In this document: positions 27,607-37,549 of the stretch, piece after piece | Layout of the letters: each line of letters starts with the position of its first letter | Position numbering within the stretch: position 1 is the stretch's first letter | Source: a virus | Length of the DNA: 64,000 bases | Strand: one strand, 5' to 3' | Virus record (IMG/VR): IMGVR_UViG_3300045919_000302 | Location: 1-64,000 of that record | Notes under the pieces: generated by a model | Told to the model about the DNA's origin: nothing | What the model saw: only the letters and a program-made list of their open reading frames with translations | Database searches by the model: none | Position numbers and translations under genes: made by a program

Positions 27607-29388
27607 TTACTTTCGGTTGGTCGAGCGGTCTACCGAGTGCTGAAGTTCTTCCATCATGCGCTTGAGCTGCTCCCACTTTTTGCCAGACGTTTTGTCCTGC
27701 GCTTGGATCCGATCAGTGCGTTCAATCAGCGAGTCGGTGTTGCGCTTGATCTGACTGAGGATTGGGAGGCTCGTGTCTTTCGAAGCCGTGACGGGTTCTT
27801 CTTCTCCGCCGGACATCGGTTCACTGGCCTCAGGCTCACTCGGAGAACTCGGAGTGCCACGCTTGGCAAGGGCCTTCTCCAGATCCCCAGTGCCGCCAGA
27901 CGGAACTTCGGACTCATCCGAGTCACCCTTGAGATTCATTTCTCGGATCTGATCATCCGACCAGCCCAAGACATGCGTCTTGATCCAGTAGTCCGGGGCC
28001 CACGGTTTGTACTTGTCGGCCAGATCCAGCTCGGCTGCGCGGATCTCCAGCTGCGCCAGCTCGAAGATCGCCGACGGGACCGTCATCTCGACGTCAAACT
28101 CAACGGCGTCCGGGTTGACCCCCTTGGCCGCGAGATGCACCTTGCAGATGTGCTTGATGCCGTTTCGGAACTCACGCTGAACGCGAATGACCGTACGAGC
28201 GAAACGAGAGTCCTCGGCCGAGAGGTTAGTCTTGGCGGTGGACTCTTCGTAAGTGAGGAAGGGCTTCGGAACTTTGAGCGCCGCGAACAGTTTGTTCTCA
28301 AAGAACTTGATGTCTTCGATGTGATCGTAAATCGGCCCCTGGAGGGATTCAACCCGAGTGGACTCTTTGCCGTCGCGCATTGGCAAGAAGAAGTCTTCAT
28401 CAGCGGATAGGACGTCGAACTTCCTGTCCATTTTCCCGCTGTTCGGATTCACAAATTTCTGCTTCTTGAACGACTGCTTGACCCTCTGCAAGTAGCTCAT
28501 GGACTCATTGGGCGGGATCCCAGAAACGTCCACGTAGAATGCGTAGCGCGAGGGGGCTCGGCTCAAGCGATGCATGATGATCGAGTCTTCCAGGAGAAGG
28601 AGACGCTTGAAGACCCAGCGAGCCGGCTCACCGATCCCGTGGCCGTAGGGGCTGAGGGGGTTCTTTCCCATCAGCCTCATGTGAACCACTTCCCAGCTTT
28701 CGAAGATCGCGCAGTCTTTTACGGGTTGAGCGGGCTTTCTCCGACCAGTGGCTCGAAACTCCAGTTCCCCCAGGAACTGCTCAGAGGAAACCCTGAATGA
28801 TCCCCTTGGGTCATAAATGAATCCGAGCGTGTCGATTTCATGGTCCTCGCGACCATCTTCGAGTTTGCGGCCGATCTCCTTGGGGATCTCGATGCGCCTC
28901 ACGGTCGGGGGCGCGAGCATGTTCACAGCTACCACGCCGGCTTTAGCCTTCGCCACGATCTCTGCGTACAGGTTTCCGTACTTACAGAGCATGCGGACCC
29001 AGCTCCAGACCCTTTGTTCGATGTCGAGGCGTTTGTGCAAAAGATCATCCAGCTCTGCGCGGACGTCTTCATCTTCGGCTTTGATCCAGACGCTCTTTCC
29101 TGTTTGCGCATCTACCTGGGATGCGTCATCCGCATAAATATCGATTGCCGAAGAAATCAGCGGACTGTCGTCCTGATCTTCGTAATCCATGAAGCTGGCG
29201 ACGAGATCGGCGTCGATCCGTAAGTGGTCCGTAAGCCCAGGGATCGATCCGCTGTTGATTCCGAAGCTCTGATTTGATTGCGTACCGAGGCCCTGATATC
29301 CCGCGACCGGAACATAAGGAGGTCGGTGGTACTCGGTGTCCCGAAAGAATTGCCGGATAAATTTGATCGAATCAGAACCTACGCCCAT
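27607..29388 (-). CDS. Portal protein, T4 gp20-like
   Basis: ISSAIDIYADD, LLEDSIIMHRLSRAPSRYAFYVDV, EDFFLP.R, IEDIKFF..KLFAALKVP, EDSRFARTV. Confidence 0.95.
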   Translation of the reverse strand: MGVGSDSIKFIRQFFRDTEYHRPPYVPVAGYQGLGTQSNQSFGINSGSIPGLTDHLRIDADLVASFMDYEDQDDSPLISSAIDIYADDASQVDAQTGKSVWIKAEDEDVRAELDDLLHKRLDIEQRVWSWVRMLCKYGNLYAEIVAKAKAGVVAVNMLAPPTVRRIEIPKEIGRKLEDGREDHEIDTLGFIYDPRGSFRVSSEQFLGELEFRATGRRKPAQPVKDCAIFESWEVVHMRLMGKNPLSPYGHGIGEPARWVFKRLLLLEDSIIMHRLSRAPSRYAFYVDVSGIPPNESMSYLQRVKQSFKKQKFVNPNSGKMDRKFDVLSADEDFFLPMRDGKESTRVESLQGPIYDHIEDIKFFENKLFAALKVPKPFLTYEESTAKTNLSAEDSRFARTVIRVQREFRNGIKHICKVHLAAKGVNPDAVEFDVEMTVPSAIFELAQLEIRAAELDLADKYKPWAPDYWIKTHVLGWSDDQIREMNLKGDSDESEVPSGGTGDLEKALAKRGTPSSPSEPEASEPMSGGEEEPVTASKDTSLPILSQIKRNTDSLIERTDRIQAQDKTSGKKWEQLKRMMEELQHSVDRSTNRK

Positions 29389-29397
29389 ATCAACCCT

Positions 29398-32300
29398 CTA
29401 GCCCATCAGGAACGGCGGTGTGAAGTTGCTTTTCCAATCATGCCCTTGATTGGCCTCTTGTTCCAGGGCCTTCTCGGCATTGGCCCGCCACTCTTGTTTC
29501 ATTTCTTCAGAATTACTTTCTATCACGATGGTCGCAGCATCGTCGAGAACCCAAGTGTCTTCATCGGAATTCTGAAACATCTCACGCGAACTGATCGGCA
29601 CATCCAGAATGCCAGAGGCCGCCTCCGTAAGAGTCGTCGTAATCGCGGCCAGAGCATCTGCGATATCTTTGCTGCCGCGTTGCGTTGCCGGCGGGTGGTC
29701 TACTTTTCCCGTCTTCCAGTCCTTCTGGAGTTCGCGAAGCTCCTTGATGAGCGGCGGATAATTGTAGATCTGGATCCGGTTCTCGTAGAGCGCAGTCTTC
29801 ATGACTTCGTAAGGGCCGCCGGCAGGCTCCACCGAAACCACTCGGGTCTGGTAGCCTTGGCCCTTCACGGTCTGGAGAAGATTCGCAGACTGGAATTGAT
29901 CGGCGCTGACCTGCTTGATGAAGAAGCCGTGCTGAGTCAGCTCGTAAATAATCCGGCGGATCTCGGAATACGAGATCTCACCCCCTCGCGGAGCGCGTAC
30001 CTGGAGTACGAAGTCCACATGGATGATCGGGGCCATCTCCTGCTCAGCCTTGCCGAACCTCTGAATGGGCGCGTATCCGGCGACACACCCGACGGCGATA
30101 CCCGTACAGTCCTGGGTTTTTGATAAGTCGAGGTGCAGGTGCCTGGGGGCTTTCGGATGCGCCAGGGGCTCCCAGGAGCCGTCTGGGTGAAGTTTAGCGA
30201 GCTTCTGCCAGTCGAAGCGTCCTGGGATGTCCTGATCCCAGGTCTCCTGGCTGAATGGATGGGTGCGGTTCTTGTCTATGGCCTCGTAGATCTTCTCGCG
30301 TCGGGCGATGAACGGGGTGATGGCCACTGTAGATCTGCCGGCGTGGTCCCGGATCGCGGCGTCAATATCTTCGACGAACGCACCGTGGAACTCGACCGGC
30401 ACCTCGACTACTTCCATGCCTTCCGGGTCCGCCTCACCGGCAGTCATGATCCGGGACATCTTGGTCTCATTCCCGATGGCCACACGGAATTTCTTCCCGG
30501 AGAAACGTTCCTTTGGGACAGCCTCCCAGACCGCCCGCTCCCTGACGAACACAAGGGGATCGCCAACGTACTTCCGGATGAGCTTCTCCGTGAACGCATT
30601 GGGCGTGGTCTTCGAAGAGGCCACCAAGATAACGCCAGGGAGTCTGCCTCGATTCATGAATCGAGACTCCATTCGGCGCTTGATGGCTTCGAAGATCACC
30701 TCGATGTTTTCCTTTACTTCGCTCCGGCCGACTTGCTGGTCACGCTTGTGAAAGAAATTGCCTTCGTCAACGGCTGCACCAATCGCATTCGTACCGACCA
30801 CTTGTCCTGCGGTCGAGGCTCCGGGCGGGAACGTGAACCGGTTTGGAAAGATGATGCCGGCAGCGGCTGTGTTTCTAATCGGGGCGAAGTGCTTCCGGAA
30901 GAACTCGGACTCATCAACGATCGCCCGGATCTTCGATACGAGATTGCGCTCGGCCACGTCTTCTGTGACAGAGACGCAAGGGACTGATATGTAGTCGGTG
31001 CTAGAGATCTGGTAGGTCTCGTGCGGATCTCGCATGCAGTAAACGTCATACGCCATGCGAACACATCCAATGACTGACCCGGTGGAGTTGTGAGTCACCA
31101 GGAAGTTATCCGTCAGGTACAGCCCATTTGGATTGCTGACGGTAATGCAGCGCATCGGCACAACCTCGCCGAGACGTACGTTGCGAACCGTGTTGTAAAG
31201 TTGCGTCGTCTCGCCAAGCGCGTTGACCTTCTTTCGAGCCAGCCTGAATAAATTCTTATTATTTCTGCTGCGGATATAGACAGTGAACGAATCAGAACAC
31301 TCGTAGGTCTTGCTGCCGTCGCCGCTAGTGCGGTCGCGCCCAGCCCTCTTACTAAGGGAAGCATAACAACCCAAAGATCTCGCCAGCCATTGAACATCTC
31401 TTGCAAGTCGCTCGTTCGTGCTAAAGAATTTCACGCTTCCGCATTCTTTGTCTGCGCTGCCGTCGCTATCTAGGAGGCCCTGGAGTATCGCTAGTCTGGC
31501 AACCTTTGGAGCAAACTTATAACACTCTGGAACGAACTTAGATCCAGCATCGGCATTGAAGAGCCCAATCGTGCGCAACTGGAGCCTTAGCTTGTGGACT
31601 GAATCACCCTTGAAGCTGATATCGAAACAGTCCTTGCCGTACTTAGAGAAGTCGGTCACATAGTTGCTGCCAACGCGGTCAGCGATCTCACGATAGAAAT
31701 GAATATCTGCACCGTTGACGGTGATCTTAACCCTTCGATCATTCATCGTTCCATTTCCAAGCATATAGCCGAGCAGGTATGGGTCGATTGTCCTGCCGCC
31801 GATGTCCGTTAGATCTACAGCTTCGGTGATGGGTATTTTGAACAGCTTTTTGCTGCCCAGTTTTTTTGAAAATTCCCTGAGCGTGTGATCATAGACTTGC
31901 CTGGATGTCTTAATGCAATTTGAATTATTCCATGAAAGACATGGGTCGCTCTTATCTCTGCGCCAACCCCCATACCAAAGATGATCGCCGCAAGAGGAGA
32001 CCTCTTCTCCATCGCCCAGCTCGAAGATGTACTCCTGCTCCTGCGTGATCGCGTGTAATTCGCGAATGATGGCAATCGTTCCATCGGGATTGCAGATCTG
32101 GTCTCCCACCTTGAGATCGACGATCTGCCTGAAACCTGTTGGGGTCAGTACGTGGTCTTTGACGCGCTGCTTCTTGCCCCCGCCAAGTGAACCTCCCCAG
32201 ATCGCGGTGTTGTACCCGCCCTCAAAGATCTCGATCAGGTCTTTCTTGATCTCCGGAAAGAGAGTCTTGGTGATCGATCCTAAATAGAAAGGGTTCTCCA

Positions 32301-32517
32301 AGAACTCCTTCATCGATACCGGAGGAACCCGGTAGAGATCGCGCGAGGCGTACTCGATGATCGGGCTTGCCCCGTCACGCATGAAATCCTCCAGGACAGA
32401 GAGCGCTGCTTCGCGCTCGGGTCCTGAAAGTCCTTCCATCTCTCGCTGAAAGATCTCAGCGTACTCGGCGTCAGTCCGAATGGACTGAAACCTTCCGCCT
32501 TGATTTAGGATGCTCAC
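29398..32517 (-). CDS. terL: Terminase large subunit with intein
   Basis: Walker A GGSLGGGK|ST split by the intein; Walker B AAVDE; nuclease HLDLS..D, DQFQS, KVDHP..SKDIADA. Confidence 0.93.
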   Translation of the reverse strand: MSILNQGGRFQSIRTDAEYAEIFQREMEGLSGPEREAALSVLEDFMRDGASPIIEYASRDLYRVPPVSMKEFLENPFYLGSITKTLFPEIKKDLIEIFEGGYNTAIWGGSLGGGKKQRVKDHVLTPTGFRQIVDLKVGDQICNPDGTIAIIRELHAITQEQEYIFELGDGEEVSSCGDHLWYGGWRRDKSDPCLSWNNSNCIKTSRQVYDHTLREFSKKLGSKKLFKIPITEAVDLTDIGGRTIDPYLLGYMLGNGTMNDRRVKITVNGADIHFYREIADRVGSNYVTDFSKYGKDCFDISFKGDSVHKLRLQLRTIGLFNADAGSKFVPECYKFAPKVARLAILQGLLDSDGSADKECGSVKFFSTNERLARDVQWLARSLGCYASLSKRAGRDRTSGDGSKTYECSDSFTVYIRSRNNKNLFRLARKKVNALGETTQLYNTVRNVRLGEVVPMRCITVSNPNGLYLTDNFLVTHNSTGSVIGCVRMAYDVYCMRDPHETYQISSTDYISVPCVSVTEDVAERNLVSKIRAIVDESEFFRKHFAPIRNTAAAGIIFPNRFTFPPGASTAGQVVGTNAIGAAVDEGNFFHKRDQQVGRSEVKENIEVIFEAIKRRMESRFMNRGRLPGVILVASSKTTPNAFTEKLIRKYVGDPLVFVRERAVWEAVPKERFSGKKFRVAIGNETKMSRIMTAGEADPEGMEVVEVPVEFHGAFVEDIDAAIRDHAGRSTVAITPFIARREKIYEAIDKNRTHPFSQETWDQDIPGRFDWQKLAKLHPDGSWEPLAHPKAPRHLHLDLSKTQDCTGIAVGCVAGYAPIQRFGKAEQEMAPIIHVDFVLQVRAPRGGEISYSEIRRIIYELTQHGFFIKQVSADQFQSANLLQTVKGQGYQTRVVSVEPAGGPYEVMKTALYENRIQIYNYPPLIKELRELQKDWKTGKVDHPPATQRGSKDIADALAAITTTLTEAASGILDVPISSREMFQNSDEDTWVLDDAATIVIESNSEEMKQEWRANAEKALEQEANQGHDWKSNFTPPFLMG
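31087..32172 (-). mobile_element. Class 3-type intein with LAGLIDADG endonuclease (362 aa)
   Basis: KQRVKDHVLTPTG...DHLW...YLLGYMLGNG...ILQGLLDSDG...MRCITV...VTHN|S. Confidence 0.9.
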
Positions 32518-32538
32518 AACAACATCAACGAGCGGGGA

Positions 32539-32838
32539 TTAAACCTGATCCAGATCGCCGTTCATCTCAGCGCCCATTTCTGGCTCGGGAAGCTCTTCGG
32601 CTTCCGCGCCTTCGTCGCCGTCCTTCTCTTCCGCTTCAGGGTTGAGAGCTTCCTTGACTTCGGCGAGTTTTGCGTCGAGAGCAGCTTCGCCCTCGCCTTC
32701 TTCGCCTTCGTGCCGGCCTTCTACTGCCATGACGAGGTCACCGAGAAGCTTCTCGTGGTCGATCTTTTTCTTCTTCTTGCCTTCAGAAACTTCTTCCGGA
32801 AGACCAAAACCATTCACCGATTCACTGATCTGTTTCAT
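32539..32838 (-). CDS. Tagged acidic protein
   Basis: MKQISESVNGFGLPEEVSE. Confidence 0.7.
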   Translation of the reverse strand: MKQISESVNGFGLPEEVSEGKKKKKIDHEKLLGDLVMAVEGRHEGEEGEGEAALDAKLAEVKEALNPEAEEKDGDEGAEAEELPEPEMGAEMNGDLDQV

Positions 32839-32847
32839 ACTGTCTCC

Positions 32848-33957
32848 TTACGTGGTTAACTCGGGCGCAACCTCTGCGACCATGTCACTTCCCAAGATCT
32901 GAATAACCTTTTTTACGATCCCTTCATCATTGGTGTGCAGATTGACATGATCAGCTTCACCAGATGGTCCCACCTGGATAAACGCTTCCGGTTCAAGCTT
33001 TAAAACGGCGTCTCGCATCGCCTGCGTTATCTCACTATCTGGATTGAGGAAAATGGTATGCATCGGCTCGTCATCTACACGCTTCATCTTCAGTGCGTGG
33101 ATGTGCTCGGATGGGACGTCAGGAAGACTGAACGGGATGTCTCCAGTCTTTTTGTTCCCACGGCGGAAGCGATTCTCGTTCTCCCCATGTTCAGCATCGG
33201 TCGCGTCCCAGTAGGTGTAACTGTCGTCGTGACCATGTTGAAGCGCGATCTTGTAGAACGGGGAACTCGGCGAAAGACGCTTCGAAATGTAGAAGTAGAA
33301 GTCGTTGCTCTTCGAGTAATCCTCAAAGTAATCTTGCTCCGGCTCGGTGATGCACCACTTCGTCCCAGAGCCGTAGAGCATTGCGGCCTCTTTGGTAGTG
33401 ATGTGGTAAACCTTCCAGTACTTGTCCTCGGCGACGAGTTTGGCCCCCGATGCCTTCTTCTCTTTCTTCTCCTGGCTCTTCGACTTGCTGGCCTTCGTCT
33501 CATCGACGAAAGCCTTGAACTCGGCCCAGGTCTTCCACTTGTCGATGTCCTTCTTGGTGGCATCCTGGATCTTCGGCTTCAAAAGCTTGAAGTCGGTGAT
33601 GTAGTCGGTGATCTCGTCATCAGGAGCCCCTTGATCCTTGAAGCGCTTGATAGAGGTTTTGAAGTCCTCTTCGAGACTTTCATTCTTGGGCCATTGATGT
33701 GTTTTCTCGTATGCCCCAAAGATCGTGTTGCATCTGGTCTGAGCACGCTCTTCGGATTCAAGCGGGCCATCGCGATAAACCTGGCGCTCATCGTCGAATA
33801 TCTGGGCAATCCAGCCATTGGAATACAGACCGACCATGGCCGTGATGTAGTCCGTGAAATTCCGGTACGACCCACGGATGCACGAATCCCTCGCCTTCCA
33901 CCCATCGTCAGACTCGAATACCGGCAGGCCGAACCTATCTACGCCCTCGGTGAACAT
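32848..33957 (-). CDS. Tagged multidomain protein
   Basis: MFTEGVDRFGLPVFES; internal KNE|S; YGSGTKWCIT domain. Confidence 0.7.
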   Translation of the reverse strand: MFTEGVDRFGLPVFESDDGWKARDSCIRGSYRNFTDYITAMVGLYSNGWIAQIFDDERQVYRDGPLESEERAQTRCNTIFGAYEKTHQWPKNESLEEDFKTSIKRFKDQGAPDDEITDYITDFKLLKPKIQDATKKDIDKWKTWAEFKAFVDETKASKSKSQEKKEKKASGAKLVAEDKYWKVYHITTKEAAMLYGSGTKWCITEPEQDYFEDYSKSNDFYFYISKRLSPSSPFYKIALQHGHDDSYTYWDATDAEHGENENRFRRGNKKTGDIPFSLPDVPSEHIHALKMKRVDDEPMHTIFLNPDSEITQAMRDAVLKLEPEAFIQVGPSGEADHVNLHTNDEGIVKKVIQILGSDMVAEVAPELTT

Positions 33958-34973
33958 TAGTCGCGGTCCCGATGGAGGCTGATCGAAGCGCCGCCCCAGC
34001 CGCCACTCACGCTGTAGTTGAAGTAATTCCCATCAGCCGCCTTCACGAGGTAGATCGGCGAGTAGATGTGGTGAGCCTTGTCTTCGTGGAAGCCGGCGAG
34101 CCTGAACTCTTTGAAGTTCTTGATCACCTCGGCGTCCTGCACGTTGAACTGGGCATCGCGGACCATGCCGGTGTCGCGCAGCTCGCCCTTCGCGTTGATG
34201 ACGTTCTTTTTGAGCCAGGCGATCCCTTGTTGGGATTGCTCGGGCGATATGTCGATGAGCTTGCCTTCTTCGAACATCGCGAGGATCTCGTGAAGGATGT
34301 ATTTCATCTCCTCGTCCATGTCCTGCTTCCAACCCCGGGCCAGATCCGACAGGCGGTGAGCGACCCCGAGGATCTCCTGCTTCGTCCACATCGGCTTGGT
34401 CTTCAGGGCCTCGTACTTCTTGAGCGTAGCGCGGGCGGTGCCTTCCTGGATCTGCACGGACTCGTCCACCTCCCCGACTTCGGCATCGTAATGATTCTGA
34501 GCAGACGTCAGGGCCTTTTCGAAGGTCACCTGAGGGTCCTTATCGCACCAATGCATAAGGTCCGCGAGAAGGTCCACTACGGCCTCTTCACCCTCGCTCC
34601 CTGTGTGCGCAGAGAATGCCTTGAGGGCGACATCAGCGGCGGCAACGCTGTCTTCCTTGGATTCGACCACCGACTCCACTGCCTTCTTCTGACCGGAATG
34701 AGGATCCTTCGGGTCGAGGTAGCGAGCGTCTCGCGAGCCCTTGTCCGGAATGATCTCGTATTCCTGACGATCATTCTCGTACTGGTCGCCGAGCTTCTCA
34801 GCGAGAAACGCCTCAGCATCTTCAGCTGAATCGAACTTCTGGCCATCAAACATGATCGTGTTGGTCCAGTCAACGATGTGCCACTTCTCCTTGGCTTCGA
34901 TCTGGGTGCTCTCTGTCAGCTCGCGCTCGATCGGGAACCCAAACTTGTCTTCGACCATCATCTTCTTCGCCAT
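33957..34973 (-). CDS. Tagged multidomain protein
   Basis: MAKKMMVEDKFGFPIERELTES; linkers AVE|SVVE|S and VDE|S; DLLADLMHWCD domain. Confidence 0.7.
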   Translation of the reverse strand: MAKKMMVEDKFGFPIERELTESTQIEAKEKWHIVDWTNTIMFDGQKFDSAEDAEAFLAEKLGDQYENDRQEYEIIPDKGSRDARYLDPKDPHSGQKKAVESVVESKEDSVAAADVALKAFSAHTGSEGEEAVVDLLADLMHWCDKDPQVTFEKALTSAQNHYDAEVGEVDESVQIQEGTARATLKKYEALKTKPMWTKQEILGVAHRLSDLARGWKQDMDEEMKYILHEILAMFEEGKLIDISPEQSQQGIAWLKKNVINAKGELRDTGMVRDAQFNVQDAEVIKNFKEFRLAGFHEDKAHHIYSPIYLVKAADGNYFNYSVSGGWGGASISLHRDRD

Positions 34974-34983
34974 TTGATCTCCG

Positions 34984-36114
34984 TTATCCGATTGGGTACG
35001 CCGACCCTGATTTTGCTGCCATCTCTTGAAGCCGGGCCGTCGGTCGGCCCAGTCCGCTCAAGATCGTGAAGAGGTAGATTGTGCTTTGGGATCCAGCCTC
35101 ATAAACTCCGCGATGGAGCTTTGTCTCCGGGCCCTGGGCCATCAGTCGGTTAAGAGAGCCAAAAGCGCCCTCAAGAGCCTCCTGCGTAACCGAAGCAAGC
35201 CCCTCGCCGTTACTGACAAGAAGCCCTGCCCCCACTTTCGCTTTCGAGAGATCGAGTCCTTCAACGAGAAGCCCCTTCTTCACGTTCTCACGAACCGCGT
35301 CGGCGACATCCGTCGGCTTCTCGATTCGCTCAAGCTTTGTCCTTCCAAAGCTAAGAATGCCAGATTCGAGGACGGTCCGATAGTCTTTTGGATCGCAGAC
35401 CACGTGACACTCTTTGCTGTCGATCGCACACAATTCGTTGAAGCTGCTGAACAGGGCGGCGATGTTTTTATTTGCGGTCTTCCATACGTCCACCACGCTG
35501 GCGGTGCCGTAGAGCTGCATCACTCGGGCGTTGTCCACGATGACCAGGGGCGAGAGATGGCCCTTCTCGGCCATGCCCAGGAGGGGCAGAAGGGTCTCCA
35601 GGGCGTTCCGCTGCACAGCCGAGGATTCATCCTTGGTCGGGAGGGTGACGATCACGCCGACGCGCTTCTCGGGATTCTGGACGCCGATGGAAGCCATGTA
35701 CCCCTTGGCGATCTTCACGAGCGGAAGGGCCGCTCCGGATCCAGTGCCGCCGCCGGCACCGACACAGATCAAGATCTGCTCGACGTCTTTTTTGAAGGAG
35801 GACTGGATCAGACGATGAATCTCTTCGCTCTCGGCCTCGACCGCTGCACGGCCCACGGCCGGATCCTTGCCGGCCCCACCATCGCCCCTCAGGACATGAC
35901 GATTCGCCTCGGGTACGGAGAGCCGCTGCATGTCGCGGGTCGTGGTGTTCACGATGGCCACGCGCCGGTAGCCCAGACCGTAGAAGGTGTCCGCAAGATT
36001 ACCGCCGCCCTGGCCAGCGCCAAGGAAGGCCATCTTCACGGCAGTCTTCTTTTCTTCTGTGACGGATTCAACAGTGGCTAAAACTTCGTCATCAATCTGT
36101 GAAAGGTCAAGCAC
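34984..36114 (-). CDS. Tubulin/FtsZ-family GTPase (PhuZ/TubZ-like)
   Basis: GAGQGGGNLA, NT, GAGKDP..G, GAGGGTGSG, VDN, DPKD; GTG start at 36114 after AAGGAG. Confidence 0.9.
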   Translation of the reverse strand: MLDLSQIDDEVLATVESVTEEKKTAVKMAFLGAGQGGGNLADTFYGLGYRRVAIVNTTTRDMQRLSVPEANRHVLRGDGGAGKDPAVGRAAVEAESEEIHRLIQSSFKKDVEQILICVGAGGGTGSGAALPLVKIAKGYMASIGVQNPEKRVGVIVTLPTKDESSAVQRNALETLLPLLGMAEKGHLSPLVIVDNARVMQLYGTASVVDVWKTANKNIAALFSSFNELCAIDSKECHVVCDPKDYRTVLESGILSFGRTKLERIEKPTDVADAVRENVKKGLLVEGLDLSKAKVGAGLLVSNGEGLASVTQEALEGAFGSLNRLMAQGPETKLHRGVYEAGSQSTIYLFTILSGLGRPTARLQEMAAKSGSAYPIG

Positions 36115-36263
36115 AACGATCTCCTTTTTCCCTAACAAATTAAACTCATCTTCAGTCAGCAGAGTGTAAACCATAATTGCGGAAGCCACCATCCTGGCAT
36201 TCGCAAGCAACCCAAGCAACAACCCTTTGACTCTTTGTCATGACAAAAGGTATAAGTCAGGCT

Positions 36264-37100
36264 ATGCCAAAAGCATTGGATTTCACCGCAAAGCGATTCG
36301 GTCGCCTTACTGCCATACATTTCGTGGGCCGCAGTCCTTCTGGCCGAGTGTGGCTCCTCTTATGCGACTGCGGCGCAACGATAGAAAGGCCGGTATGGGC
36401 TTTCAAGAAACCAAGAGTCAAAAACGTTTCCTGTGGATGCAGGGGACTTCCATTCCCCACTAACGGTCAAAGATTTGGGAGGTTGATATCGACAGGCCCA
36501 GGATCGAATGGGAAATGGTCTTTTCGCTGCGATTGCGGAAAGGAAATCCAAAGGCCGCGCTATGCGGTTCAAAACGGCAAAACTAAAAGTTGCGGATGCT
36601 TGTGGACCGAGACAGCAAAGGAAAAACAAAAGAAATACTGCCATTCGCACGGCTACAGCAAGACCGCCATCTACAGCAGATGGAAAAACATGCTGTCCCG
36701 CTGTGAGGATCCAAACCACATCAATTTTAACGACTACGGCGGAAGAGGCATAAAAGTTTGCGAACGGTGGCATAACTTCGAGAATTTTCTGGCAGATATG
36801 GGAAACCCGTTCACCGACAACAAGAGTAAGGCTCTTCAAATCGATCGCATAAACAACAACGGAAACTACGAACCTGGAAATTGTCGATGGGTAACACCCA
36901 GAGAAAACTGCAACAATAGAAGAAACAACGTACTGATCACATGGAACAACAGAACCCTTACTCTTGTTCAGTGGTCCAGGGAGACCGGCATTCCCAGAGA
37001 CACACTAAGTCACAGAATAAAGAGCAGCCGTCTCAGCATCGAGGAGATTCTCACTGTTCCCGTAGGGGCGCACCCTTGGAGGAGGTCCCGTCACCCATAA
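36264..37100 (+). CDS. HNH homing endonuclease
   Basis: Two FGRL..W.x.CDCG..SCGC units; YGGRGIKVCERW; IDRINNNGNYEPGNCRW; opposite strand, AT-richer. Confidence 0.9.
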   Translation: MPKALDFTAKRFGRLTAIHFVGRSPSGRVWLLLCDCGATIERPVWAFKKPRVKNVSCGCRGLPFPTNGQRFGRLISTGPGSNGKWSFRCDCGKEIQRPRYAVQNGKTKSCGCLWTETAKEKQKKYCHSHGYSKTAIYSRWKNMLSRCEDPNHINFNDYGGRGIKVCERWHNFENFLADMGNPFTDNKSKALQIDRINNNGNYEPGNCRWVTPRENCNNRRNNVLITWNNRTLTLVQWSRETGIPRDTLSHRIKSSRLSIEEILTVPVGAHPWRRSRHP

Positions 37101-37116
37101 CGTCCTGCTGTGCCCC

Positions 37117-37144
37117 TACGGGGGCCATAATCCTGGCGGGCGTA
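37117..37144. repeat. 28-bp spaced palindrome, copy 5
   Basis: TACG GGG GCC ATAATCCT GGC GGG CGTA. Confidence 0.85.
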
Positions 37145-37156
37145 AGTTACGATAAC

Positions 37157-37196
37157 AAAAAAGCCCCACCCACCCGCTAAGGTGAGAGGGGCTTTT
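37157..37196. terminator. Bidirectional terminator
   Basis: AAAAAAGCCCC...GGGGCTTTT between convergent genes. Confidence 0.75.
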
Positions 37197-37217
37197 ATAT
37201 CCTCCTGGCGGGGATCT

Positions 37218-37364
37218 TCACCAGAAAGAAGGTGGTGGATTGCTCGATTGAGGCACTGGATCCTCGTCAGCGCATGGCCGGCACGGGATTAGGTACAGGC
37301 CCGTTGAGTCGCGCTTCTTCTTTGTGCCATTGCAGTCAGGACATTTTTCATCATTATTTTCCAT
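37218..37364 (-). CDS. Small zinc-finger protein
   Basis: MENNDEKCPDCNG...CRPC; GAGGGG SD. Confidence 0.5.
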   Translation of the reverse strand: MENNDEKCPDCNGTKKKRDSTGLYLIPCRPCADEDPVPQSSNPPPSFW

Positions 37365-37549
37365 TTTATCCCCCTCGTATTTTTGAGATGGCCACCCAGT
37401 ACCACGGCATAACAAGTTGTCAAGCGACGCGGATGCGCCTCCGTTGCAGAGGAAAGATATGCGATTAATGGTGGGAAATTTGAGGCGGGAAGGCTGGCAG
37501 ATCTTCAGACTGGCACGACAAACGCGCACTTGCAAGTTATCATGACTCC

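Noticed and set aside
29388-29400. TerL TAG is in frame with the portal ATG (TAG AGG GTT GAT ATG), so readthrough could fuse them
   Set aside because: A one-in-three coincidence; the spacer looks like an ordinary SD. The same applies to 48795/48782. No further support.
32539-32838. Small terminase, by position upstream of terL
   Set aside because: Acidic, carries the tag motif, and lacks DNA-binding features; no TerS is recognisable in the window.
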